A DNA stretch of 64,000 nucleotides, taken from the IMG/VR virus record IMGVR_UViG_3300045988_161338, positions 1-64,000 of that record. One strand, given 5' to 3'. This document shows positions 35,413 through 43,711 of the stretch, in pieces. Below the pieces are notes generated by a model, which saw only the letters and a list, made by a program, of their open reading frames with translations, had not been told where the DNA came from and ran no database searches. The stretch's first letter is position 1; each line of letters starts with the position of its first letter. The position numbers and the translations under genes are program-made. Origin of the DNA: a virus.

Positions 35413-36546
35413 CTACATGGAATGCGTGAGGCTGTCGGGTTGCGGGCGTTCGGGGATGACGGCATTGGTGTCGTCGGGGAGGTTGTCGAACGCCTGTGCT
35501 ATGGCAGGGTCGTCGTAAGACGGCGACGGCGAGTGGAGCGCGAGCTGTTCGGCTTCGAGCTGTTCGGAGCCAGGCAGACGGAAAGCCTGGAAGGCTGCCG
35601 GGGAGAGCTGGAGGCGCGTGACGATGTAGCGCTGCGTCATGGCTATGTCAGGGGCGTTGCCCGTGAGATGACCCATCATGAGGGCTATCTGTTCAAGCGG
35701 CACGTTCTTAAGCGACAGGTTTGTGGCGAAAGAGCGCCGCCCGGTGTGGGTGGAGACAAACTGCCACTTGGGGCCTGTCTGCTCCCTGCCCGCCTGAAAG
35801 ATCTTTACCTTTGTGTTGATGCCGCAAGCCTTGCAGAAGAAGCGCACGCCCTCATTGTAGGACGATACGGCAACGGATGCAGGCTCGGTGGGCGAAGACG
35901 GTGTGAGGTACTGGCGCAGCCACGGATGGACAGGCACCGTGACCTCGCGGCGCGTCTTCTGCGCGACATAGGTGATGGTGCGTCCGTCGGGCGAGATATT
36001 GTCGGGCGAGAGGCGCACACAGTCGGACAGTCGCGCTCCACACAGACACTCAAGCATGAAAATGCGCTTGATGTGCCTTCTTTTTGCCGTGCGCGGCAGA
36101 TAAGAGTGGAGACGGTATATTTCCCCGTCTGTAAGATAAACGGCCTGTGTGACCGTTTTCTTGGTTTTCAGGACCTTTGCGTAAGACATGGACGGGATGT
36201 CCTTGGAGTCGGCGTTGGCACTTATGATCGAATTGATCTCGGCACAGATTGTCTTTACCGAGTTGGGCGCATAAGCCTCGTCGAGCTCTGCCTTTAAGTC
36301 GCGGAGGTTGTCGTCGGTGATGTCGCTCCACATGGGAGCCCGCCCCAAGATGTCGCGAAAGATGTTGAGCACCTTTATGCGACCGGGGTATTTCCAGATA
36401 TACGCGCCGTAGAACGTATGTCGCCAACGGTAGCCGTCGTAAGTAGAGAAATAGCCCTGACGGATGGCGTTGGCATAAGTCTTCTGTTGCTCAGAAGAGA
36501 GCAACACCGTCCAACGGCGCGTCGGGATTGTCGGAAGATGTTTCAT
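35413..36546 (-). CDS. tyrosine recombinase (second integrase; full R..HxxR..H..Y set)
   Basis: Start MKHLPTIP at 36546, inside the artefactually long ORF 35413-37011. CGARLSD, HTGRRSFAT, MMGHLTG...TQRYI. About 70-aa C-terminal tail. Confidence 0.8.
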   Translation of the reverse strand: MKHLPTIPTRRWTVLLSSEQQKTYANAIRQGYFSTYDGYRWRHTFYGAYIWKYPGRIKVLNIFRDILGRAPMWSDITDDNLRDLKAELDEAYAPNSVKTICAEINSIISANADSKDIPSMSYAKVLKTKKTVTQAVYLTDGEIYRLHSYLPRTAKRRHIKRIFMLECLCGARLSDCVRLSPDNISPDGRTITYVAQKTRREVTVPVHPWLRQYLTPSSPTEPASVAVSSYNEGVRFFCKACGINTKVKIFQAGREQTGPKWQFVSTHTGRRSFATNLSLKNVPLEQIALMMGHLTGNAPDIAMTQRYIVTRLQLSPAAFQAFRLPGSEQLEAEQLALHSPSPSYDDPAIAQAFDNLPDDTNAVIPERPQPDSLTHSM

Positions 36547-36610
36547 ATCTAAAAGTTTTGGTTTAACATGGGGCGCGTGACGAGGACGCGCCATTTGAGG
36601 CAGGGGTGTG

Positions 36611-37057
36611 TCAGAAGAGCGTGACCTTATAGACAGGTAAGCCGAAGCTCTTGCGCCGTCGGCCGACGGTGAAGCCCAGCATCTTGAGCAGACCAACGGC
36701 GTTGGCGGCGAACGGCTCGTCAACAATGATGTGAGGGCGGCTGATCTCGTCGTCCTGAAGGGTCCCGAAATGAGGACCGTCAGGCTCTTGCCGCAAGAGT
36801 TCGGGAGGGACGGCGTAGCCGATGAAGACCTCGCCACACAAACGTTCGGCAGAGGTGACGAAGAGCGACGACGCGAAGCCCGACTTTGGAGCGTCCTTAA
36901 AGTCGGCAAACCTAAGGACATAGATGAGCAGATAGTCTTCAACGCTATGGTCACGGAAGAACATTGCCACATCGGCCTGGAAAGCCGCTGTGTCGAAGAC
37001 AGGAGCGACAAAACCCTTCTCTTTGAGAATGTCTTGCGCCCGAACGATTTTAGACAT
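36611..37057 (-). CDS. hypothetical protein
   Basis: 148-aa ORF with the CATAATTCT start context. Confidence 0.6.
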   Translation of the reverse strand: MSKIVRAQDILKEKGFVAPVFDTAAFQADVAMFFRDHSVEDYLLIYVLRFADFKDAPKSGFASSLFVTSAERLCGEVFIGYAVPPELLRQEPDGPHFGTLQDDEISRPHIIVDEPFAANAVGLLKMLGFTVGRRRKSFGLPVYKVTLF

Positions 37058-37739
37058 AATTCTTGTTTTTAAGGTTCTACTTAGGTTATTGCAAAGGTAG
37101 TAATATTTGCAATAACATTGTGTTTTGCCAAACCCATTAACACTTAATTAACACAAGGTGTTAAAGAAAAGACGTGTCTTGACAACATGTCGCGATGTCT
37201 GTAAAGGATTGATGTGAAGCCTTGACGACATCCAGGTGATACCGGCTTATGATGCCGGTGGAACCTGTTGATGTTTGGCAGAGGGTTCACTAAAGGGAAT
37301 TGTCCTGACACGTCATGGGTTCGCGAAACCCTCTCCCCTCTCACATAAGATGCCGCATTGCTGTAAGGGTTTGATCTTGGTGATGATCGGACGATGAGAC
37401 GGGAGCCGCGGGGTCTCGTCTCATCGTATCAGGTCATCAGGCATGTTAACGAAGATATGCTTGAAGGGAGATGCGCTGCGGTGCGCGTGTGTGTGTGTGG
37501 TTTGGTTGTAGACACACCGAGAAGGGCGTGTCTTGTTTTAGGGCGGGAGCCAAGCAGGACGGCACATGGCTGTAAAGGATTGATATTGCCTGTAAGGAAC
37601 CAGAAAGAAGGTCCCTTGTTCCTTTCAGACAGGGATGCCCTGTCTTGAAAGAATAAGGGCCCTTCTTTCTGGATGTCTTATAGGAAAATTAAACTGAGCT
37701 GCTTCGCTGTCCGTCTCCGTGTGCGCGGAGGATGAGGGG
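37058..37739. ncRNA. ORF-free, hairpin-dense region 3' of the RT (three CTGTAAAGGATTGAT-type boxes)
   Basis: Boxes at 37199-37213, 37361-37375 and 37570-37584. Stems at 37085-37116 (11 bp), 37241-37259, 37281/37327, 37391-37426 (11 bp) and 37600-37672 (12 bp, with an inner GACAGGG/CCCTGTC). (GT)n at 37488-37500. The transcribed strand is unknown. Confidence 0.45.
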
Positions 37740-39005
37740 TCAGATGTTGTCTACGAGAGCGTCGTAAGCAGCCCTGCGTGTGAGCATGGCGGCCTGAGCG
37801 CAACCGATGGTGAGATAACCCTCGATGATTTGTTCAGTGGCCAACCTGTTGGCCCTGACATTCTTGCCTTTGCCCCTTGCGATGCAGCCGTCTTTCTGCA
37901 TCTTGTCGAAGCCGAGGCCACCAAGCTTTTTCTTGCCCGTCTGAACGGCCCGCAGGCAGTCGAGGACGAACGTGTTGAGGATGGAGACGTCTCTCTTGAC
38001 GTTGATGATGGGCAAGACCTGTGTGGCCCATGAGTGGGAGCCGAAGCCTTTGTAGAGGTACTTGTTGACCGCGTTGACCGCACGTTGGAGCGTGGTCTCG
38101 CGCCAGTTGACGGTTCTACGTTCAATCTCCTTCTGGAACGTCTTGATGCGCGAAGGAGAGAGCGAGATGTCATGGCCCTTGACGGCAAAGCCGAGGAACT
38201 TGAACCAATGGTTGGAATCGAGATACTCGACCTTTTTGGGGTTGAGCTTCATGGACATCTTGTCGAGCTCCTGCTGCAAGACGGTCATGGCCTGAGCATA
38301 ATCGTCGCCGATGTAGAGCATGTCGTCAGAATAGCGTACATAATAGCCATTAAGACAGGACAGCTTCTCGTCGATGTGACAGAGCAGCACGTCGGCGAGC
38401 CATGCAGCCACGGCACAGCCCTGCTTAAGGGACTGATAGCTGTTGCAGATGTTGCCGTCGGGGTCGAAGAACGTGTCGCAATGGTAATAGCTGCGAAGAA
38501 GAGCGATGAGCGCGGACTGGCCGTGCATCTCTTCGATGCGGTCAAAGATCGCGTCGATGAAAGAGAGCGGGACAGAGTCGAAATATTTAGACAAGTCGGA
38601 CTTGAAGCCTATCGTCTTGCCTTCGGCAGCACACACCATGCGCGAAGCCTCCTGCACGACACGGCCACAGCCAATGCCTTTCTGGTAAGACTTGCATGAG
38701 CTGTGGACCATGTCGGGCGCGAGGTCGAACAAGAGGTCGTTGATGCCGCTCAGCAACACCCGGTCAACAGGCTCGTTGACATAGACGGTACGGTAGTCGC
38801 CGTTGTCCTTTGGTATCAGGGCAGCATGGGGCGGCATGATTTTGTACTGCCCGTCCCTTATGCGCTGATAGAGGAGAGCGCGAGCTTCTGGCGTTGTGAG
38901 CTGATAAAGCGTTGCTTTGTCGATGCCCTTGTCTACGCCCTTGTTGATGGCCTGTTGCCACCGTTGAGGCTCGAAGAGCATCTGGAGGATTTTGTCTTCT
39001 TTCAT
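37740..39005 (-). CDS. reverse transcriptase (stand-alone; not DGR-, retron- or obviously group-II-like)
   Basis: 421 aa: IPKDNGDYRTVYV, SDLSKYFDSV, LKQGCAVAAWLAD, YVRYSDDMLYIG, KLNPKKVEYL...FKFLGF, plus a C-terminal region of about 120 aa. Confidence 0.85.
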   Translation of the reverse strand: MKEDKILQMLFEPQRWQQAINKGVDKGIDKATLYQLTTPEARALLYQRIRDGQYKIMPPHAALIPKDNGDYRTVYVNEPVDRVLLSGINDLLFDLAPDMVHSSCKSYQKGIGCGRVVQEASRMVCAAEGKTIGFKSDLSKYFDSVPLSFIDAIFDRIEEMHGQSALIALLRSYYHCDTFFDPDGNICNSYQSLKQGCAVAAWLADVLLCHIDEKLSCLNGYYVRYSDDMLYIGDDYAQAMTVLQQELDKMSMKLNPKKVEYLDSNHWFKFLGFAVKGHDISLSPSRIKTFQKEIERRTVNWRETTLQRAVNAVNKYLYKGFGSHSWATQVLPIINVKRDVSILNTFVLDCLRAVQTGKKKLGGLGFDKMQKDGCIARGKGKNVRANRLATEQIIEGYLTIGCAQAAMLTRRAAYDALVDNI

Positions 39006-39054
39006 AATTCTGTTGTTTAATGGTTTTGAGAAGGTCTGCCGTTGGAGGCAGACC

Positions 39055-39227
39055 CTGTTGGGAAGCGTGCGGCCACGGGCGCGGGCCTTGCTTTAAAGGA
39101 TTGATACGAAAGCTTCTGAAGAGAAGATCGGGGAATCAGGAAATCTTCCTGAAGACGCGATCTTGGTTCTTAAGAGCTTTGTTAAACAGAAGCCCGTCCA
39201 CCACACGCCGTGCGGCTTGAAGAGGTG
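39055..39227. ncRNA. ORF-free structured leader 5' of the RT (one box copy)
   Basis: Box CTTTAAAGGATTGAT at 39091-39105 between GCTTT/AAAGC flanks. Stem GAAGAT/ATCTTC at 39123-39148. GC-rich palindromic stretch at 39066-39088. Confidence 0.45.
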
Positions 39228-40238
39228 TTACTTTTGCTGTTTCTGCACCTTCCACTCATGGACCTTGTCCTCGATGGAGATGCCAGCGTCGGCGATGAGC
39301 TGCTTCATGACACCCATCATGCGCCAGCCCTCTTTCTCGTACTCGCGAGCTTTGTCCTCGACATGCCGCAAAGACGCCTTTTCGCCCTTTGACGCGAAGC
39401 GTGCGCCATGGAACATGACGAGGTTGCGCATGGTGAAATAGGCACCCGCGCCCTTGTAGGCATTGATGAACGCATCGGCCTGCTTGGTTCTCCATTTAAG
39501 ATGCGGACGCTGCTTGTTGAAGCTGACGACGAGCTGATAAAGCTCCCTGTAAGACTTGGCTTGCTTGACGGCAAGAGAAGCCTTGACGACAGGCGTATAG
39601 AGTTTTCTGCCGATGTCGTTGAGGAAGACGTTCTTGCCAGCAATCTTGACGTAAGGCATGCCCTTGCAGGTGTGCTTATAAACCATCTCGCCACGCTTGT
39701 TGCGGCGGTGGGAGAGCTTGTCGACATGAGAACGCAGCTTAAAGAGATAGTCGTCTATCATGGCTGAGACCACGTCTTGGTTGAACCACAGGATGCGCTG
39801 CGAGAAGCAAGCGGCGTCGTTGTTCTCCTGCATCTTCGCGATGGCATGGAGCTCGTTTTCAAGCATGCGCCACTGATATTCGTAGCCGTTATGCTGAACG
39901 AGAGCGTTGAAACTTTCGCCCGACCTCTCCATTCGGCGAAGCAAGCGGAACATCTGCGCCATGACGAAACGGCGGAAGAGCGGGTGGACGTTGACGTAGC
40001 CCCCAGAAGCTATGCTCTGATAGATGGGGTCGTCGTCGAGGACCTGGACAGGTACACCGTCGACAACCTTGACCACCATGTCGCTTCCCATCGGGAAGAA
40101 GCACGATGTGTCGATGCCTGCTGCCTTGAGCGCAGCGATGCGGTCAACAGCCGTCTTCGGCTTGGAAGCGTTGGACGGCTTGGGTGCTGTCAGTTCGTTG
40201 ATTGTAAACTCGCCTGAGATGATGACGTTTCTTTTCAT
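39228..40238 (-). CDS. hypothetical protein
   Basis: 336-aa ORF immediately upstream of the RT leader. No motif recognised. Confidence 0.65.
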   Translation of the reverse strand: MKRNVIISGEFTINELTAPKPSNASKPKTAVDRIAALKAAGIDTSCFFPMGSDMVVKVVDGVPVQVLDDDPIYQSIASGGYVNVHPLFRRFVMAQMFRLLRRMERSGESFNALVQHNGYEYQWRMLENELHAIAKMQENNDAACFSQRILWFNQDVVSAMIDDYLFKLRSHVDKLSHRRNKRGEMVYKHTCKGMPYVKIAGKNVFLNDIGRKLYTPVVKASLAVKQAKSYRELYQLVVSFNKQRPHLKWRTKQADAFINAYKGAGAYFTMRNLVMFHGARFASKGEKASLRHVEDKAREYEKEGWRMMGVMKQLIADAGISIEDKVHEWKVQKQQK

Positions 40239-40307
40239 AATTCTATTGTTTTTTTGTTAATAATGATGGTTAAAAGAGGGAGCAAGGGATGGCGTTGCTC
40301 CCGTTTT

Positions 40308-40766
40308 TCAGGCTGTCTGGCGAGTTTTGGGCTCTACCCACGCACGAAGGATGATGAACTCTTTCTCGTAGGGCGACTGATAGAACCAACTGCCCCACTG
40401 TTCGTGCCAACATAGCTGGCCGCTGCGAAGCATGAGCAGGATGAACAGTTCGAGACGGCAGCGTGCGGTCTCGCGTGCAGCTCCGTAGATCATGTCCTCG
40501 TCAGAAAGCCCGTCTTCAGGCAGCGCCTTGAAATAGCGTCGGCGGTGAGACTCGGACCTCTCCGAGGGGACAGAATGGCGATATTGCCAATAGAGATCTT
40601 CGATGCAGCGGAACATGACCGCTTCATCGACACGGAAGACATCAACCTCGTCGAGGTTGACAAGGCGGCCATCGAGACGGAGCGTGCGTTTTTCGAGATT
40701 GACCATGAAACGTGCGCCATCGTCTACCTTGGCACAGATAGCGTCGATAAACTCTGTGTGTTGCAT
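40308..40766 (-). CDS. hypothetical protein
   Basis: ATG 40766 (MQHTEFID) has the CATAATTCT context. The listed ORF extends further only through non-ATG codons. Confidence 0.55.
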   Translation of the reverse strand: MQHTEFIDAICAKVDDGARFMVNLEKRTLRLDGRLVNLDEVDVFRVDEAVMFRCIEDLYWQYRHSVPSERSESHRRRYFKALPEDGLSDEDMIYGAARETARCRLELFILLMLRSGQLCWHEQWGSWFYQSPYEKEFIILRAWVEPKTRQTA

Positions 40767-40789
40767 AATTCTTATTTGTTGGTGAATAA

Positions 40790-40977
40790 GAAACCGCCAC
40801 ACACAGAAGCGTGAGACGGTCTGTTTAAAGGCTTGCATGTGAAAGACCTGGCGCAATTGCTATAAACGGTTGATGTTACCAGTTGTAACGCCGCACAGCG
40901 CGGCGTGCTTAAGAACTGGTCGCTAAAGGCTGTCTTTCCGGCACACAGAATTTCAGGCTGCGCTGCCTTCTCGGGAT
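40790..40977. ncRNA. ORF-free structured spacer with a degenerate box copy
   Basis: GGTCT-[GTTTAAAGGCTTGCATGTGAA]-AGACC at 40818-40848. Nested stems ACCAGTT/AACTGGT and CGCCGC/GCGGCG at 40879-40918. Confidence 0.35.
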
Positions 40978-41250
40978 TTACGCATAGAGGGCGTAATTCT
41001 CTACCATTTTCTTGTACTTCTTAGGGAGCTTGTCCCAACAGCTGTAGACATGTACAACTTGGCAAGAAGACCACTCGTTGAGCGCAAGCTCGTAAGTGTA
41101 AAAACACTTCTTCTTGTTCGTGTCGTCAAACAGGAGCCACTCGCCAGAAGCGAGACAGCCGTCGTTAAGACAGATGACCTGACCGCCTTCCTCTTCGTAG
41201 CGGCGGATGAGGTCGTCGACATAGTGGTAGTCGCATTTGAACTTTCTCAT
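40978..41250 (-). CDS. hypothetical protein
   Basis: ATG 41250 (MRKFKCDYHY). Confidence 0.5.
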   Translation of the reverse strand: MRKFKCDYHYVDDLIRRYEEEGGQVICLNDGCLASGEWLLFDDTNKKKCFYTYELALNEWSSCQVVHVYSCWDKLPKKYKKMVENYALYA

Positions 41251-41311
41251 AATTTCATAATATTGGTTAAACAAGAAGGGGAGGCATTACACCTCCCCCT
41301 TTTCAGGATTT

Positions 41312-42160
41312 TCATGCGGCAGAGCTTGGCCGCAAGTCATGTTCACGGATCACCTCTTCGATGAGCTCGTCAGGGTCACAGTAGTAGCCCCAACAAGAGT
41401 CTACGTCAACCCAATCGAAGCCCTCCTCGTTGTCGCGCTCCTCGTCGGGATAGACCTTTTCGTAAAAGTCTTTTTTCTCCAGCTTGAAGCCGAAGATGTC
41501 GCCCCACATCCATCTTCCGATGTCCTCTGCCTCTGCCTCCATGATGTCCTCTGCCCGGGTCTTCCAATTTTTGGTGTTGCGGTCGCATGTCTCGGCAAAC
41601 CGCTCCTCTGTACAGAAGGCGTAGCCGTGGACATAGTCGCCTTGACAATAACCCCTGGAAGACCACTCGGTGAAGGCAAGATCCTTGGCGAGGTCGTAAA
41701 GGATTTGCGCAAGCTGCTCCTCGCTCATGTACTCCGTGAGCTCATAGATGTAGTTGTCCTCCTTCAAATCTCGCGGGGAGAACTCTAAGCTCCACAGATA
41801 CTCGTTGCGGTCATCATGTCCCACTTCCTCCCATATATTGAGATAGCGGTTGTATTCGAACGTGACAGAACCCAGCTTTCCTCTCTTTAGATAGTTGAGG
41901 AGCTTTCTTTGCGAGACATGTTTGGCGATAAGCTCTCTGAGAGCTTCACACACGGTATGGTTGCCATCGTCGTGCTTTCCGAACAGCTCACGCCAATTGC
42001 AGGCAGGGCTCAGTTGGTCGCAATCGCGGCCGTAGCCGCCCCAGATGAACAGCCCTGACATACACCATTCGGTACATGGGCAATCGTTGCCTGAGTCATA
42101 ATAGATGCTGATTCTGTAGTCTCCTACAGTTTCAATCCTTACTGCTTCATATTCATTCAT
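41312..42160 (-). CDS. hypothetical protein
   Basis: ATG 42160 (MNEYEAVRIE) with the module context. 282 aa, acidic and Trp/Tyr-rich. Confidence 0.6.
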   Translation of the reverse strand: MNEYEAVRIETVGDYRISIYYDSGNDCPCTEWCMSGLFIWGGYGRDCDQLSPACNWRELFGKHDDGNHTVCEALRELIAKHVSQRKLLNYLKRGKLGSVTFEYNRYLNIWEEVGHDDRNEYLWSLEFSPRDLKEDNYIYELTEYMSEEQLAQILYDLAKDLAFTEWSSRGYCQGDYVHGYAFCTEERFAETCDRNTKNWKTRAEDIMEAEAEDIGRWMWGDIFGFKLEKKDFYEKVYPDEERDNEEGFDWVDVDSCWGYYCDPDELIEEVIREHDLRPSSAA

Positions 42161-42221
42161 AATTCTATTATTATTGGTTAAACTGTGCCTCCCTTGCACG
42201 GGAGGCTTTTGAGGCCAAAGG

Positions 42222-42602
42222 TTACTCTTCGATAAGGTAGGTGAAGAGCACCTTGCAAACGTGTCTGTTGTTGTGAAAACTGATGTTTGTCATCATTTTT
42301 TCGGAATTTGTCATCATTTTTTCATAATTTGACGACAAATTTTTGTTGACACCGTCTCGGATGATGCCGAGCCATTCTTCTATTCGCTCCATGTCGAGCT
42401 CATTGATTGGGCGTTCGAGGAAGCGGATGGTTACGGCGTTAGAACCCTCGGTGTACTTTGCGGTGGTGACGCCGCCGTTGAGAAAGCCAACGAGCGTGTT
42501 GCGCTCGCCCTCGCAATAGATGTCATTATCGAAAAGACAATCGAACAGGACATCGCTGCACAGGTCTTTCTCGTTGATTGGGCACGGGATAAGATTTGAC
42601 AT
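42222..42602 (-). CDS. hypothetical protein
   Basis: 126 aa. Contains a duplicated EKMMTN segment. Confidence 0.55.
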   Translation of the reverse strand: MSNLIPCPINEKDLCSDVLFDCLFDNDIYCEGERNTLVGFLNGGVTTAKYTEGSNAVTIRFLERPINELDMERIEEWLGIIRDGVNKNLSSNYEKMMTNSEKMMTNISFHNNRHVCKVLFTYLIEE

Positions 42603-42657
42603 AATTCTTGTTTTTTTTGGTTAATGGAAGGGAGATTGCTCTCCCCCTTTTTTTTGG

Positions 42658-43653
42658 TTAGACTATTTCCGATTTGACATAATTGGATGCCGTCTCGAAG
42701 ATCTCGGCAAAACCGCTCTTGCTAAACGGGAAATACATACGAGCAGCATCTATGAACTCGTCGAGGGTGAGCTGCGGGGCGTCTTTCAACCAATTGCAGC
42801 AATAGTCAAGACATTCGTCATAGAAATCACAGTAATAGTAACGGTCCCACTCGCCACGGCTCCACTCGCTACTGTTGCCGTTATATCCGTAATCGTCCTC
42901 TTTGTGAGGATAAACGGACGTGCAATGCTCTATGAGGTGGCAGACGAAAGCGTGACATTTCTTCACGTCTTCAATTACGGTAAACTCATGGTCCGTGTGG
43001 GGCTCGTAATAGCCGCACGACATGTTGATGCACGACGCTGTGACACCATTGCCACGCAACGCCTCGACATCGGTCATGAGACCTGTGCTGACGGCATAGC
43101 CGTAAGTCTCACAATCGGCAGCCATGACAAACTCCTCAGAACAGATATTTCCAAAGGATATGCTCGTCACCATGTCGCTGTTGCCGCGACGGTCGATCTG
43201 AGCACAGAAACGGCAGTCGGCAAAGAACTCGATGTCGGCAGCGTGTGAACCCACACAACCTATCTCCTCGCCTACGAAGAACGCACATTTGAGGACATCA
43301 TAACGCTCAAGACATTGCAGGGCGATAAAGATGCCGTTCTTGTCGTCGGCACCGAGACCACACTGCTTGTGCAGCTTGGGCGAATAGCCAAAGATGACAC
43401 CCTGGCCCTCGATGCACACAAAATCGGAGGGGTGCAGATGCTGCACCTGATCCATGTGAGCACACAGACAAGGATAGCTCTCGGCCTCGCCTTTGGTGAC
43501 GAAGATGTTACCATGCGCGTCTTGTGTGACGACGGCTGCGGGTATGTTTTTCTTGATGTGACGCTTGATGAAACGTCGCATCTTTTTCTCTCCATTGCTT
43601 GGAGAGAAAACACAGTAAAGGGCCTTGAGAAGGTCTAAATTTAATTCTTTCAT
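42658..43653 (-). CDS. M42/M28-type metallo-aminopeptidase-like protein
   Basis: Metal-ligand pattern CAHMD, GADDKNG, VGEEIGCVGS, with later D and H residues. About 90-aa C-terminal extension. Confidence 0.55.
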   Translation of the reverse strand: MKELNLDLLKALYCVFSPSNGEKKMRRFIKRHIKKNIPAAVVTQDAHGNIFVTKGEAESYPCLCAHMDQVQHLHPSDFVCIEGQGVIFGYSPKLHKQCGLGADDKNGIFIALQCLERYDVLKCAFFVGEEIGCVGSHAADIEFFADCRFCAQIDRRGNSDMVTSISFGNICSEEFVMAADCETYGYAVSTGLMTDVEALRGNGVTASCINMSCGYYEPHTDHEFTVIEDVKKCHAFVCHLIEHCTSVYPHKEDDYGYNGNSSEWSRGEWDRYYYCDFYDECLDYCCNWLKDAPQLTLDEFIDAARMYFPFSKSGFAEIFETASNYVKSEIV

Positions 43654-43711
43654 AATTCTATTTTTTAATGGTTAATAGAAGGCAGGAGGAAAAATCCTCC
43701 CGCCTTAATTT

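Noticed and set aside
35389-37011. A 532-aa minus ORF, and a 302-aa plus ORF over the second recombinase
   Set aside because: The N-terminal 155 codons of the 532-aa ORF overlap a better ORF in another frame (36611-37057) and have shadow composition. Met 36546 has the conserved module upstream. The plus ORF is antisense shadow.
37179-37207. A sigma70-like promoter TTGACA-N17-TAAAGG overlapping box copy A
   Set aside because: It is present at only one of the five box copies, and the likely host phylum does not use the -35/-10 consensus.
37058-39227. RT 37740-39005 as a group II intron, retron or second DGR
   Set aside because: An unrelated 336-aa gene starts only 222 nt upstream, which leaves no room for ribozyme domains I-IV. 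I recognised no domain V-like helix. FLGF rather than a retron VTG-type region follows YSDD. There is no IGxxxSQ motif and I found no A-biased repeat pair. All of this is by eye, so a computational check is still needed.
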